Shown: positions 12,660-24,900 of the stretch, one piece after another
Layout: each line of letters begins with the position of its first letter
Numbering within the stretch: position 1 is the first letter of the stretch
Assembly: GCA_004022145.1 (NCBI GenBank)
Contig: RCNU01000009.1
Direction: 5' to 3' (one strand)
Source of the DNA: Paecilomyces variotii
Taxonomy: Eukaryota
DNA: 64,000 bases
Made by a program: the position numbers and the translations under genes
The notes under the pieces: model-generated
What the model saw: only the letters and a program-made list of their open reading frames with translations
The model's database searches: none
Told to the model about the DNA's origin: nothing

Positions 12660-13233
12660 TTAGTTCACGTGATCTAGAGCCAGCTAGGTCCTTGACAGAA
12701 TAACTACGCCTAACAGTTAAGCCCTGAGTTCGATTTCGCCCGAGGCCGTGAGCTTTTTAAGCTAGGTTCACGGTGCTTAGTTAAGCACAGGCCGGGCTGA
12801 TGGATGCTTAGTTAAGCACGAACCGACGGGGTGCTTAGTTAAGCACGGGCGGGGTAGGCGCGGGGCAGTAGTTAACCGGCAAAATCTTAGTAACTTTCGA
12901 TTTTGGGGCCTAACGAGCTTATAGCGAGGGTAAAGCCCGTAGCTTAACTATTAGTCGGGGCGAAGAAGTCCTAGCTAGGGGGAGCTAGGCAGATCTAGGC
13001 GTGCGCTGCGGCGGCGTGCTAGCTGAACGGCTCGAGGGCGAGCCTGATTTAGGGGAGAGATGCTGTAAGGCGCTGGCCTTAGCAGTGCCCCGCGAACCCC
13101 CGGGAACCCCGACTATTAGGCTATATAGTTCGGTGCTGGCTTAACTACGCTTAGGCGTAGTTATTGTGGTCTTTTTAGCTGAGTGGTTAAAGGATCCAGT
13201 TCATGTGACCTAGAGCCAGCTAAGTCCTTGACA
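12660..13233 (+). mobile_element. Non-coding miniature LTR retroelement (TRIM-like, element D): truncated 5' LTR, 366-bp internal region, complete 170-bp 3' LTR
   Basis: PPT AGGGGAGAGA at 13051-13060; LTR TGTAAGG...CCTTGACA at 13064-13233; 12662-12697 repeats the last 36 bp of the LTR (13198-13233); TAGAG TSD follows at 13234-13238. Confidence 0.75.
13064..13233 (+). repeat. Element D 3' LTR (170 bp) with TATA-like CTATATAG (13121-13128)
   Basis: TG...CA ends with near-perfect terminal inverted repeat (TGTAAGG / CCTTGACA); PPT 3 nt upstream. Confidence 0.75.
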
Positions 13234-15983
13234 TAGAGATAGTTTAAACCCGGCACTAAGTAAATACTCTGCTAAGGTATTATATTATATCTTTATAGAA
13301 GAGGTTAATCTATAAAAAGCTTAGTCTAGTTTATAAATTAAGATATTATCTTTACTTTTATAAAAGCTAGTAGGCTAAAGTATATAAATATTATATTTTA
13401 ATTTCTTATTTAAGAAGGCTTATATAATATTAGCTTAAAGAATAGCCTAGCTATAATAAGTAATAAATACTATTAATATATTAATAGTTATAGTAAAGAC
13501 TACTAGAGTATAGGTTATTATATTAAATATAATCTTATTAAGTATATTATTATAAATAATTTAATAAGCTTTATAAATAATTAAACTATTAAAACCTTTT
13601 TTCTTCTTATATACTTATCTGCTAAGTATAAGATAAATCTTAAAGAGAAGCTTATCTTAATAAATTAAATATTAGTACTTTTATTATATTAGCAGGTTAA
13701 TTTCTTTTTTTATAGCTTTCTGCTATTAAAGAGCTTTAGTATATATTATAATAGTTTTATAAGATTTAAAAGTATTTAATTCCTTCTAAAATAAGATTAT
13801 ATAAATCTTTATTAAATTAGTAAATTAGTACTAGATAATATTAAAATCTTTAATAAGGTTAATTTCTTTATTATATGCCGCAGAATTCTTAAATTCTATT
13901 AAATTTAATATAATAGCTGAGATAGTAAGCACTAGCTTATAAAGCTTAGGGTTAAGCTTTACTAGCGCAGCAATATTATTTATATAAAAATATAGAGTTT
14001 ATATTACTATTTTAATAATAATATCTAATAATAATATATTATTTTTATTAGATATACTAAGAAATAGGGCTAATTTACCCTTTAGGAGAAGCTTACTTAA
14101 TAGAGCTTTAGGGCTAGTTAGCAAATAGTATATTAAAGCTTTAAATTAGTATAGATATAAAGCTATAATAAGAGTATTTCTCTAAGCTTAAGCTAGGATA
14201 TACTATTTAATAGGCTTAATATTACTGCTATAAAATATAGCTCTTAAGATATAATTATAAAATAATAAAATTAAAGTAGAGATTTAATTTATAATATATA
14301 TATTATATTAAATAACATATAGCTAAAGAAAATACTTTAAGCTAAAGTTAATTATTATAGCTTAAGTATATTTTATAATAATTCTTATAGAGCATTTACT
14401 TATATTATTTTATTAAAGTATATAAGTAGCTATAGGTTTATAGGTAATACTTAGTATTTTAAAGAAAATATCTAGAGCTTTAATATAGAGCTTATTATTT
14501 AACTAGATATAGGCAATTTAAAAATCCTCTATATTTAATTAATATATTAAGTTATTAATAAAAGATAAGATATAGGCTCTATTTACTATAAGATATACCT
14601 ATTTATAGTAGATAATATTATCTGTAATTAATAGTATATATCTTATCTTAATATAGTTAAAAAGGTCTTTATCTATTTTATAATCTAGCATATACCTGCT
14701 ATTAATAATATTAATATAGAGATATTTAGCAGGTACTATAGCTTTAAGTATAGGCCTTTATAAGATCTATCTTATAATTTTAGCCTATTAGTAAATAGTA
14801 TAGAATAAAAGATCTTTAGCTCTTATAATAATAATGCTAAAAAGAGAGTTATATATTAAATAAAGTAAGTTACCTTAGTTAGCATAATTAAAAATTTAGT
14901 ATTATTCTATTAAGGATCTAGTAATATAATAGAAAAATAGAGCTTTAAATAGCTTAAGATTAATTAATTAAGCAATAATATTTTATTTAAGAGTACTTAT
15001 AGCAATAATAGGTAAAATAATATAGACTTATTTATTAAAAGGGGGTATTATAAAGTATATAAGATATTTTTACTCTCTAAGAATAATAATACTATAAAAG
15101 TAATTACCTTCTAGAGTCTTTATAATAAAATATTTATTATCTTTACCTATAAAGATCTTAAATCTCTAGCTCTTTAATAAAGCAAATAATAAGATATTAT
15201 TATTAGCTCCTAGAGCATAGTAAATATCTAAGATAAATAGTAGAATATTATTAAATTATACTAGAATAGTACTAGTTTTTTAAGATAATAATTATTCTCT
15301 ATAAATACCCTTAAAGTAAGCTATAGAGATCTTTATAGATTTAAATATTAAGAATACTTCTTTTTAGATAGTAAAATAGATATCTAAGCTAATATCTAGT
15401 ATTTAATTCCTCTTTATATAATATATAGGTATTGCTCCTAATATAATAGAAATACTATTAACTCTATAAATTATAGATTAAACTAAGAGATTAAGATTTA
15501 ATAATATTATAGATTTAGAGATTATATTATCTTAATTCTATAGTAGATATAGATTAAGGTATATTATCTAGTACTTCTCTATAGTATAGCTTATTTTATT
15601 ATAGATACTATATAGTTTTTATAGAACTTTATATTTTAAATCTATAGACTTTATAGCGGGCTTTAATATTATTAAAGTATTTTAAGCTATTAGTCTCTAT
15701 ATAGATCTAATATTAGTAATAGCCTTTTTATATTAGATAAGGTCCTTTAATACCTCTTTAATATTTAGATTTTTAATATTTAAGTGCTTAATAATACTAA
15801 TAGTATAAAACTGCTTAAAATAATTATTTATTTAGTTAGGCTCTTATTTAATAATAAAATTTAAGAATTAATTATAAAAGAAATCCTTTAATATAATATT
15901 AAGACCTTAAAGCTTTATAAGAATATATTCTACCTTTATATAAATAGAGATAAATAAGATTAATATAAGAAGATTAATAAGCT

Positions 15984-18900
15984 TATTAAGGTATAGGCTT
16001 AAGGAGTAGGTTAGAATAAATAGAATAAGGTAATTAATACTAGGACTAGCTATAAGATCTCTATTTAGCTAATTTAAACTAGAATAGGCTATTATAAGTA
16101 GGCTTAGTAAATAAGATATAATTTAAGGAACTTAAATTTAGATTAAGCTATATACTAAAGATATCTTTATAAGGTTATATAATTCTTTATATAATCTAGA
16201 AGAATATAGACCTTACTCTTTTAAATTAAGTAAGTATTAGCTAATAAATTAATTATTCTATCCCTTATACTAGTACTATAATAGTATTTCTCTTCTTAGG
16301 GTTAAGCTCTATTAAGATTATCTCTAGGCTTTAGCTTATTTAAATAGCGGCAATAAAAGTTTATAATAATCTTCTAAATATATTATAAATAATATATAGA
16401 CTCTTTAATTAAATTATTATAACCTAATTATTTAATAATATATTATAATTAGAGGCCTCTATATTTATAATATTCTTATTAAGAGTTTAAGATATTTTTA
16501 ATAATTTATTTTTTAAGGCTATTAACTTTAATAAGTAGTAATAAAGATTATCTTTATTTAAGTATAAGGTCTTTAGTAATAGGGCAGAATAGGCTAATAT
16601 TAAATATAAGATAAATATATATTAAGGCAGGCAGATTAAGCTAATAAATATATAAGCTAATAACTTTAATAATATAGAATAGGCTAAGATTCTTTTAATT
16701 AAATTTCTTCTAGAGATACTAAGTATAAATATTTTAAATATTTAATTAAATAGACTATTTTATATAATAATAGTAGGCTAAGGTTTAGTAATAATTAGTT
16801 TACTTTTTATAATAAGCTTAGGCAGTATAAATTTAAGTATAGATATAATCTATAATATCTTATATTTTCTTAATAAAGGCTTTAGTATCTTTAGCGGCAG
16901 ACTAGTTTATAGGCTAAATAGATTTAAATCTTATATATAGATAAAACCTATAATTAGTAAAGAAAAGTAATATTTTAATAATCTTAAAATAGTAGGAATT
17001 TAATATAAACTTAGCTAGAGATAGCTAGTTAACCTAGTTATCTTATAGATAATTAATATAGATATATAAGTATTATTTTAGGATAGTATTTATCCTCTTA
17101 ATTTAATTATTAGTTTTAAGATAATAAGTAGTAGATAGCAGGTTTATAATATTTAAATATTAAGTTAAGTATTTCTAGAAAGCAGTAATAAATTAAAGGC
17201 TTTAATTAAATATTATAGTCTTTAATAGCCTATAAAGCTTCTATATATAATAAATATATAATTATACTATTCTTTTAATATTATAAATAGCCTAGCAGAG
17301 AATAAAATATCTTATCTTTATAAATTAGTCTATAATAACTAATATAGTATTATAATCTTAGTAAGGTATAAGTCTAATAATAAAATTTATTAAAATATCT
17401 TACTAAGAGTATTTAGGGATAAGAAGCTAGTATAAGACTTTTTAATAGCCTTTATTTAAGGATATAATATAGTAGTAAATATAGTAATTCTAGGTCTAGC
17501 AATTTATATATTAATATATATTTAATTAATAATACTCTTATAAGATTAAGTTATAAAGCTTATATTTTTTAAAATATTTAAATATATACTTATTATAGTA
17601 TTCTTATAATAGGCGAGCTTTTAGCTTATTATAGTTAAGAATATATAAGCAGTCTCTATTAAGGTATAGGCTCGGGGAGTAGATTAGAATAAATAGAATA
17701 AAGTAGTTAATACTAAGACTAGCTACAAGATCTTTATCTAGCTAATTTAGACTGAAACGGGCTATTATAAGCAGGCTTAATAAATAAGATATAGCTTAAG
17801 GAGCTTAAATTCAGATTAAACTATACGCTAAAGATATCTTTATAAGATTATATAACTCCTTATATAATTTCTTATACTAGTACTATAATAGTATTCCCCT
17901 CCTTAAAATTAAGCTCTATTAAGACTATCTCTAGGCTTTAGCTTATTTAAATAATAGCAATAAAGTTTATAATAATCTCCTAGATATATTATAAGTAATA
18001 TATAGGCTCTTTAATTAAGTTATTATAACTTAACTATTTAATAATATATTATAATTAAAGGCCTTTATACTTATAGTATTCTTATTAGGAGTCTAAGATA
18101 TTTTTAATAATTTATTTTTTAAAACTATTAACTTTAACAGGCAGTAGTAAAGGTTATTTTTATTTAAATATAAGATCTTTAATAATAAGGTAAAGCAGGC
18201 TAATATTAAATATAAGATAGATATATATTAAGGCAGGCAGGTTAAGCTAATAAATATATAGGCTAATAACCTTAGTAATATAAAATAGGCTAAGATTCTT
18301 CTAATTAAATTTTTTCTAAAAGCGCTAAATATAAATATTCTAAGTATTTAACTAAATAGACTATCTTATATAATAGTAATAGGCTAAGGTTTAATAGTAA
18401 TTAATCTATTCTTTATAATAGGCTTAAGTAATATAGATTTAGGTATAGATATAATTTATAATATCTTATATCTTTTTAGTAAAGGCTTCGGCGTCTTTAA
18501 TAATAAGCTAGTTTATAGGCTAGATAGGCTTAAATCCTATATATAGATAAAACCTATAATTAGTAAAAAAGGGCAATACTCTAATAGTCTTAGAATAATA
18601 GGAGTTTAATATAAACTTAGCTAAAGATAGCTAATTAACCTAATTATCTTATAGGTAGCTAATATAGGCGCGTAAATATTATTCTAGAATAGTATTTATC
18701 CTTTTAATCTAATTATTAGTCTTAAGATAATAGGTAGTAAATAGTAGATTTATAATATCTAAATATTAAATTAAGTATTTCTAAAAAGTAGTAATAAATT
18801 AAAGATTTTAATTAAATATTATAGTCTTTAATAGCCTATAAAGCTTCTATATATAGCAGATATATAATCGCGCTATTCCTTTAGTATTATAAGTAGCCTA

Positions 18901-21900
18901 GCAAAGAATAAAGTACCTTATCTTTATAAATCGGTCTATAATAACTAGTATAGTATTATAACCTTAGCAAGGTATAAGTCTAATAATAAAATCTATTAAG
19001 ATATCTTATTAAAAGTATTTAGGGATAAAAAGCTAGTATAAAACTTCTTAATAGCCTTTATTTAAGAGTATAATACAGCAGTAAATATAATAATTCTAAG
19101 TCTAATAATCTATATATTAGTATATATTTAGCTAGTAATACTCTTATAAAATTAAATTATAAAGCTTATATTTTCTAAGATATTTAGGTATATACTTATT
19201 ATAATATTCTTATAATAAATAGACTCTTAGCTTATTATAATTAAAAATATATAAATAGTCTTTATAGTATAAATATCTTTCTCTTTACTAGTAATTAGCT
19301 AGTGTAATCTTAAGGTAATAATTAGCTTTATAATCTAAGGCTTATAGGATAGACTATATTAAGTTATTAAATAAGTAAGCTATATCTAATAAGTCTTTAA
19401 TACCTAATAAGTACTCTAGTTTATTAGGCATAATAGAAAAACTTAACTAATCTTACTTAATAAGCGAGGCTACTTCTTTAATAGGCTAAATAGTCTCTTT
19501 AATAGACTAAATTATCTCCTTAGCAGGTTAAATAATCTTAATAGACTAATTAGGCAGTAGAATAGACTAAATAGCTTTTTTAGGCTAAATAAATTAACTT
19601 TTTAAAGTAAATTAAATAAATATTCCTATAAGTTTAGCAGGATTTTTAACCTCTTAAGCTATTAAATCGGCAAAGCAGATATACCTTATTATTTAACTCC
19701 TAATAATAGCTTCTAGTTTTAAAGATCTTTAAATCTATAAATTAAAATTCTCCTTTTTTAGGACTATTTAGCTTTAATACTATAATTATTTATCCCCCTT
19801 CTTAGGGAGATCTTCTAACCTCCTAGTTAGGGTATTAAGCTTTATTTCTTACTTTTTAGGATAATATATAATTTAAAAATTAAACTAGGATAAAAACTTA
19901 AACTAATAAGCCTATTACTAGTTTAGCAGCTTAATTAATATAAAATATTCTAGATTACAATAGTTTATAATAACTTTAATTAGTAATAGTATATCTTTAA
20001 GCTTAAAATACTACTTCTTAAAGTAGCAGATAATTACTAGCAATTCTTTATTATAAATCTTATAATTATACTCTATAGTAAAGAGCTTCTTTAAGAAAAA
20101 TATAATAAGATATAAGATTCCTTTATTATTATATTAAAATATAACTCTAGCTAATATATAGTTAAATAAATTAATTTTAATTATAACCTTATAGGTCTAG
20201 TTAAATAATTTTAAAATTAGGGCTTAAATAAATATTTTTTTTAAGGCTTTAAAACTAGACTAATAGGCGGGTATTTAATTAAAGAGAATTCCCTTCTAGA
20301 TTAAATTTATAAGCAATATAATTATCTTAAAAAAGTTATAAATAAACTAATAATAAAAATTACTAAACTTAATAAAGGCTTATATATTAATTATATAAGT
20401 TAGGGTCTTCTATTTAGCAATTATTTTTACCTTATCTAAATCTATCTTAATATAGTCTCGGCTAATAATAATACTTAAGAACTTAGTCTTAAAGATAATA
20501 AACTTATACTTCTAGATCTTTATATATAGGCCTATTTTATATAGCTTTTATAAAATAATATAGATATATTAAATATATTTAAAACAGATTATACTATATA
20601 TTAAAATATTATTAAGGTATATAATATAAAAGATATTAAAATAATCTTATAGGGTATTATTAATAAACTATTAGAATATTACTAATACTTCTATTAAGCT
20701 AAATAATATTACTAATAATTTAAACAGGCTAAATTAAATATAAAAGATAATTAAATATTCTTATCTCTTTTTAATATAAAAATTATTAAATATAAAAATA
20801 ATATTAATCTTTATAAAATACTTTATTTCTTTTAAATTATTTAGGGTCTCCTTAATTAGGGGTAAAAAATATTAATCTTTAATAATTATTATATTTAGGG
20901 CTTAGTAATCTATATAGATCTATATCCCTTTATTAGGCTTCTTAATAAATAAAATTAGAGATATAGCAGGCAATAAACTTAAGTAAATAAATCCCTTTCT
21001 TAAATTTTCTTTAATCTATTTTTTTAAAACCTTTAATTTATCTTAAGATATAGTATATAAAAATCTAAAAAAGAGTAACTTCCTCTTTAATAACTTAATA
21101 TTATAGTTATAAAAATAATATAATAGCAGGTATTCAGCCTTCTTAGGAGAAAAAATATTAATATAATCTTTAAATTCCTTAAGCAACAGGCAGGCAGGGT
21201 CTTTTTTTTAGACTTATTTAATTCTTAGAATAGTATTTAAGTCCTCTAAAATAATTATAAACATTTAAATATTTCTTTAAGTATAGGCAGAATAAATAGC
21301 TAAAAAAATAAAGGCTATATTTCTCTTTTCTAATCCTCTAAGTCTTAAGGGTAAGTATTAAGGTAAAGCCTTTAAGAGAATATTATATAAGGCAGGTATT
21401 TTAATTAACTTTAGAGATATATTATAATTTTTTTAATAATAATTGCTATTAAAGGCAATATTATAAGCAGTAAATTATAGATATAGGTTATAATACTTTA
21501 ACTAGAGGAATTCTAAAATAATAAGATAGTGCGCTAGTTAGACAATATAAAACTTAATATCTTTCTTAAAATAATCCTTAATTCTTATATCTATCTAGAT
21601 ATAGTATATAATCTTCTTATCCTCTAATTCTCTTCTATTAAATATATATAGGGTAATTAGGCTTTTTAGGGGGATAAGCTTTAACTTCTAATCTTTAGCC
21701 TATTCTTAATCTATAAATTTTTATCCTTTAGCTCTAGTATTAAGCAGGATATAAATTAATAAGTAGATCTTTTTCTTCTTCTTTTCTAATATTATAGGCA
21801 ATATTATTAATTTTAATTATTATAGGTATTCCTTAAGGTTAATTCTATAAATAACAGTAGCGGAGATTTAAATAATATATAATTCTTAAGCTTAGCTATA

Positions 21901-24900
21901 ACTTACTTTAGGCTTATTCTTTTTATTAAAAACTAGCTAAAAAATAAATTATATAAGTCTAAGAATTAAATTGCCTAGGGAGTTTAGGGATAAGATTTAT
22001 ATATAGCTATAATCTAGATCTTCTAACAGTTATTTAAATATAAATAATCTCTAATATAATATTTTAGGGAGCTATAATAGAAGCAAGCGCTAATTTTATA
22101 ATATAATAAATTATACTCTCTCCTACCCGGGCGTCTAGAAGTACTTAAATTTATTAGGTTATATAATTATATTAGGGCTAATTTACTTTTCTATATAAGG
22201 CTTCTCTAAGGCTAATTATTATATCTTATAGCCGAGGTAAAATTTAAAATAAATAAGAGAGACTAGATATATTAAATAGATTTTAAAATAGCGATATAAA
22301 TCTTTATAATAAGGGGCTAGTTTATAATATACTAGCAGTAATAATTCTTAAGATCTTATAAAAATTTAGCAAATTAATAATACTTATAACTTAAGGGCTA
22401 ACTATATAATAATATTTCTTAGAGTTCTTAATTAATAGCTTACTTAAACAGAGTAAATAATATTCCTTTAAGCATTTCTTCTTCTAGTATTAGGCGCTAG
22501 AACTTAATAAAAAAGATTTTAAATTCCTTATTAATTTAATAGAGGTTAAATAATTTATTATATATATTGTTTATATAATTAGGGTTACTAAACATATACT
22601 TTAAGATATTTAAAATCTCTTAATAGTTGCTAAAAATATAAATTCTATCTCTAATATATAGTAATACTTAGGTATAAAATATATCTTTTAAATAATTAGT
22701 TATATAAGCTATATAGCTCTAGGGAGTTAAAAATTAGTCTTAATTAATTATTATCTTTCTTTAAATCTAGGCTATAAAGTATTAAAAATCCTTTTAGTTA
22801 CCTTTAAACTTATCTAAGTTAAAGAGTCTCTTTAAAAGTCTAGGGGTAAAAAAAGATATAATAATAGGCGCCTTAAATGCTCTTATTAAAGCAGCTGCAA
22901 GTCTTTTAATATTAAGCTTAAGTTTAAATATAAACAAAGATATATTTATAGTAGGTATAACTATATAGCAGGCTTAATCTCTCTTAAAAATAGCTTAGAT
23001 ATACTGCTATTCTTTTTCCTAAAGCTAAATCTTTTAATATTATTAAATAGCCTTAAGTTTAATAACTTCTTATTTAAATCTTTATTAAATAGTAGTAAAT
23101 TCTTGCTAAAGCTCTTAAAAATATATCTTAGCCTAATAATTTATTTTATTTATAATAGTCTTAGCTTTATTAATATATTTATATACTAGGCGATAATAAT
23201 TATACTATTCTAGCCTATAACTAATAGTAATATACTTAATAAATTCTCCTAAAATTATTAGCAGGAATAGAGGAATTAGGATAAATATTATTAATAATAT
23301 TAACTCTTAAATAGAAGCTATATAGTATTAAGATATAGGCTTAAAGAGCAGATTAAAACAAATAAAATAAGATAGTTAATACTAGGACTAGCTACAGAAT
23401 CTCTATCTAGCTAATTTAGACTAAAACGGGCTATTATAGGCAGGCTCAGTAAATAAGATATAACTTAAGGAGCTTAAATTCAGATTAAACTATGCGCTGA
23501 AGATATCTTCGCGAGATCATATAACTCCTTATATAATCCCTTATACTAGTACTGTAACAGTCTCTATAATATAGGTATCTTTCTTTTTACTAGTAGTTAG
23601 CTAATATAATCTTAAGATAGCAGTTAGCTTTATAATTTAAGGCTTATAAGATAGACTATATTAAGTTATTAAATAAGTAAGCTATATTTAATAGATCTTT
23701 AATATTTAATAAATACTCTAGTTTATCAGATATAATAGAAGAACTTAACTAATTTTATTTAATAAGTAGGGCTATTTTTTTAATAAGCTAAATAATCTCT
23801 TTAGTAAATAGAATTATTTCCTTAATAAATTAAATAATTTTAATAGACTAATTGGGCGATAGGGTAAACTAAATAGCTTTTTTAAGCTAAATAAATTAAC
23901 TTCTTAAAGTAAATTAGGTAAGTATTCCTATAGGTTTAATAAGATTTTTAACTTCTTAAGCTATTAAGTTAGTAAAGTAAATATACTTTATTATTTAATT
24001 CCTAATAATAGCTTCTAGATTTAAAGATCTCTAAATCTATAAGTTAAGATTCTCCTTTTTTAAGATTATCTAGCTTTAATATTATAACTATTTATCTCTC
24101 TCTTTAAAGAAATCCTCTAATCTCCTAGTTAGAGTATTAGGCTTTATTTTTTATTTTTTAAGATAATATATAATTTAGAAGTTAAACTAGAATAGAAATT
24201 TAAATTAATAGGCCTATTACCAGTTTAATAGCTTAATTAATATAAAATATTCTAGGTTATAATAGTCTATAATAATTTTAATTAGTAATAATATATTTTT
24301 AAGCTTAGGGCGCTATTTCTTAAAGCAGTAAATAATTACTAGCAATTTTTTATTATAAATCTTATAATTACACTCTATAATAAAGAGCTTCTTTAAGAAA
24401 AATATAATAAAATATAGGATTCCTTTATTATTATATTAGGATATAACTCTAGCTAATATATAATTAGATAAGTTAGTTTTAATTATAACCTTATAGGTCT
24501 AGTTAAATAGCTTTAAGATTAGGGCTTAAATAAATGCTTCTTTTAAGGCTTTAAAATTAGACTAATAGGCGGATATTTAATTAAAGAGAATTTCTTTTTA
24601 GATTAAGTTTATAAGCAGTATAATTATCTTAGAAAAATTATAAATAAACTAATAATAAAAGTTACTAAATCTAATAAAGGTTTATATATTAGTTATATAG
24701 GTTAAGGTCTTCTATTTGGCAATTATTTTTACCTTATTTAAGTTTATCTTAATATAGTCTTAGCTAATAATAATACTTAAGAACTTAGTCTTAGAGATAA
24801 TAAACTTATACTTCTAGATTTTTATATATAGGCTTATTTTATATAGCTTCTATAAAATAGTATAGATATATTAGATATATTTAAAATAGGTTATATTATA

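Noticed and set aside
12773..12846. CRISPR-like array
   Set aside because: Only three 16-bp units with 11-15-nt spacers, in a eukaryote, with no cas genes.
12699..13165. TA-flanked MITE with about 11-15-bp TIRs (ACTACGCCTAA...TTAGGCGTAGT)
   Set aside because: The right 'TIR' lies inside a PPT-preceded TG..CA LTR and the left one sits exactly at the PBS position, so self-priming complementarity explains it better. Not fully excluded.
12726..13192. tRNA gene or SINE (A-box-like TAGCTGAGTGG at 13176; B-box-like GAGTTCGATTTC at 12726)
   Set aside because: The boxes are in the wrong order, 450 bp apart, and no cloverleaf can be folded.
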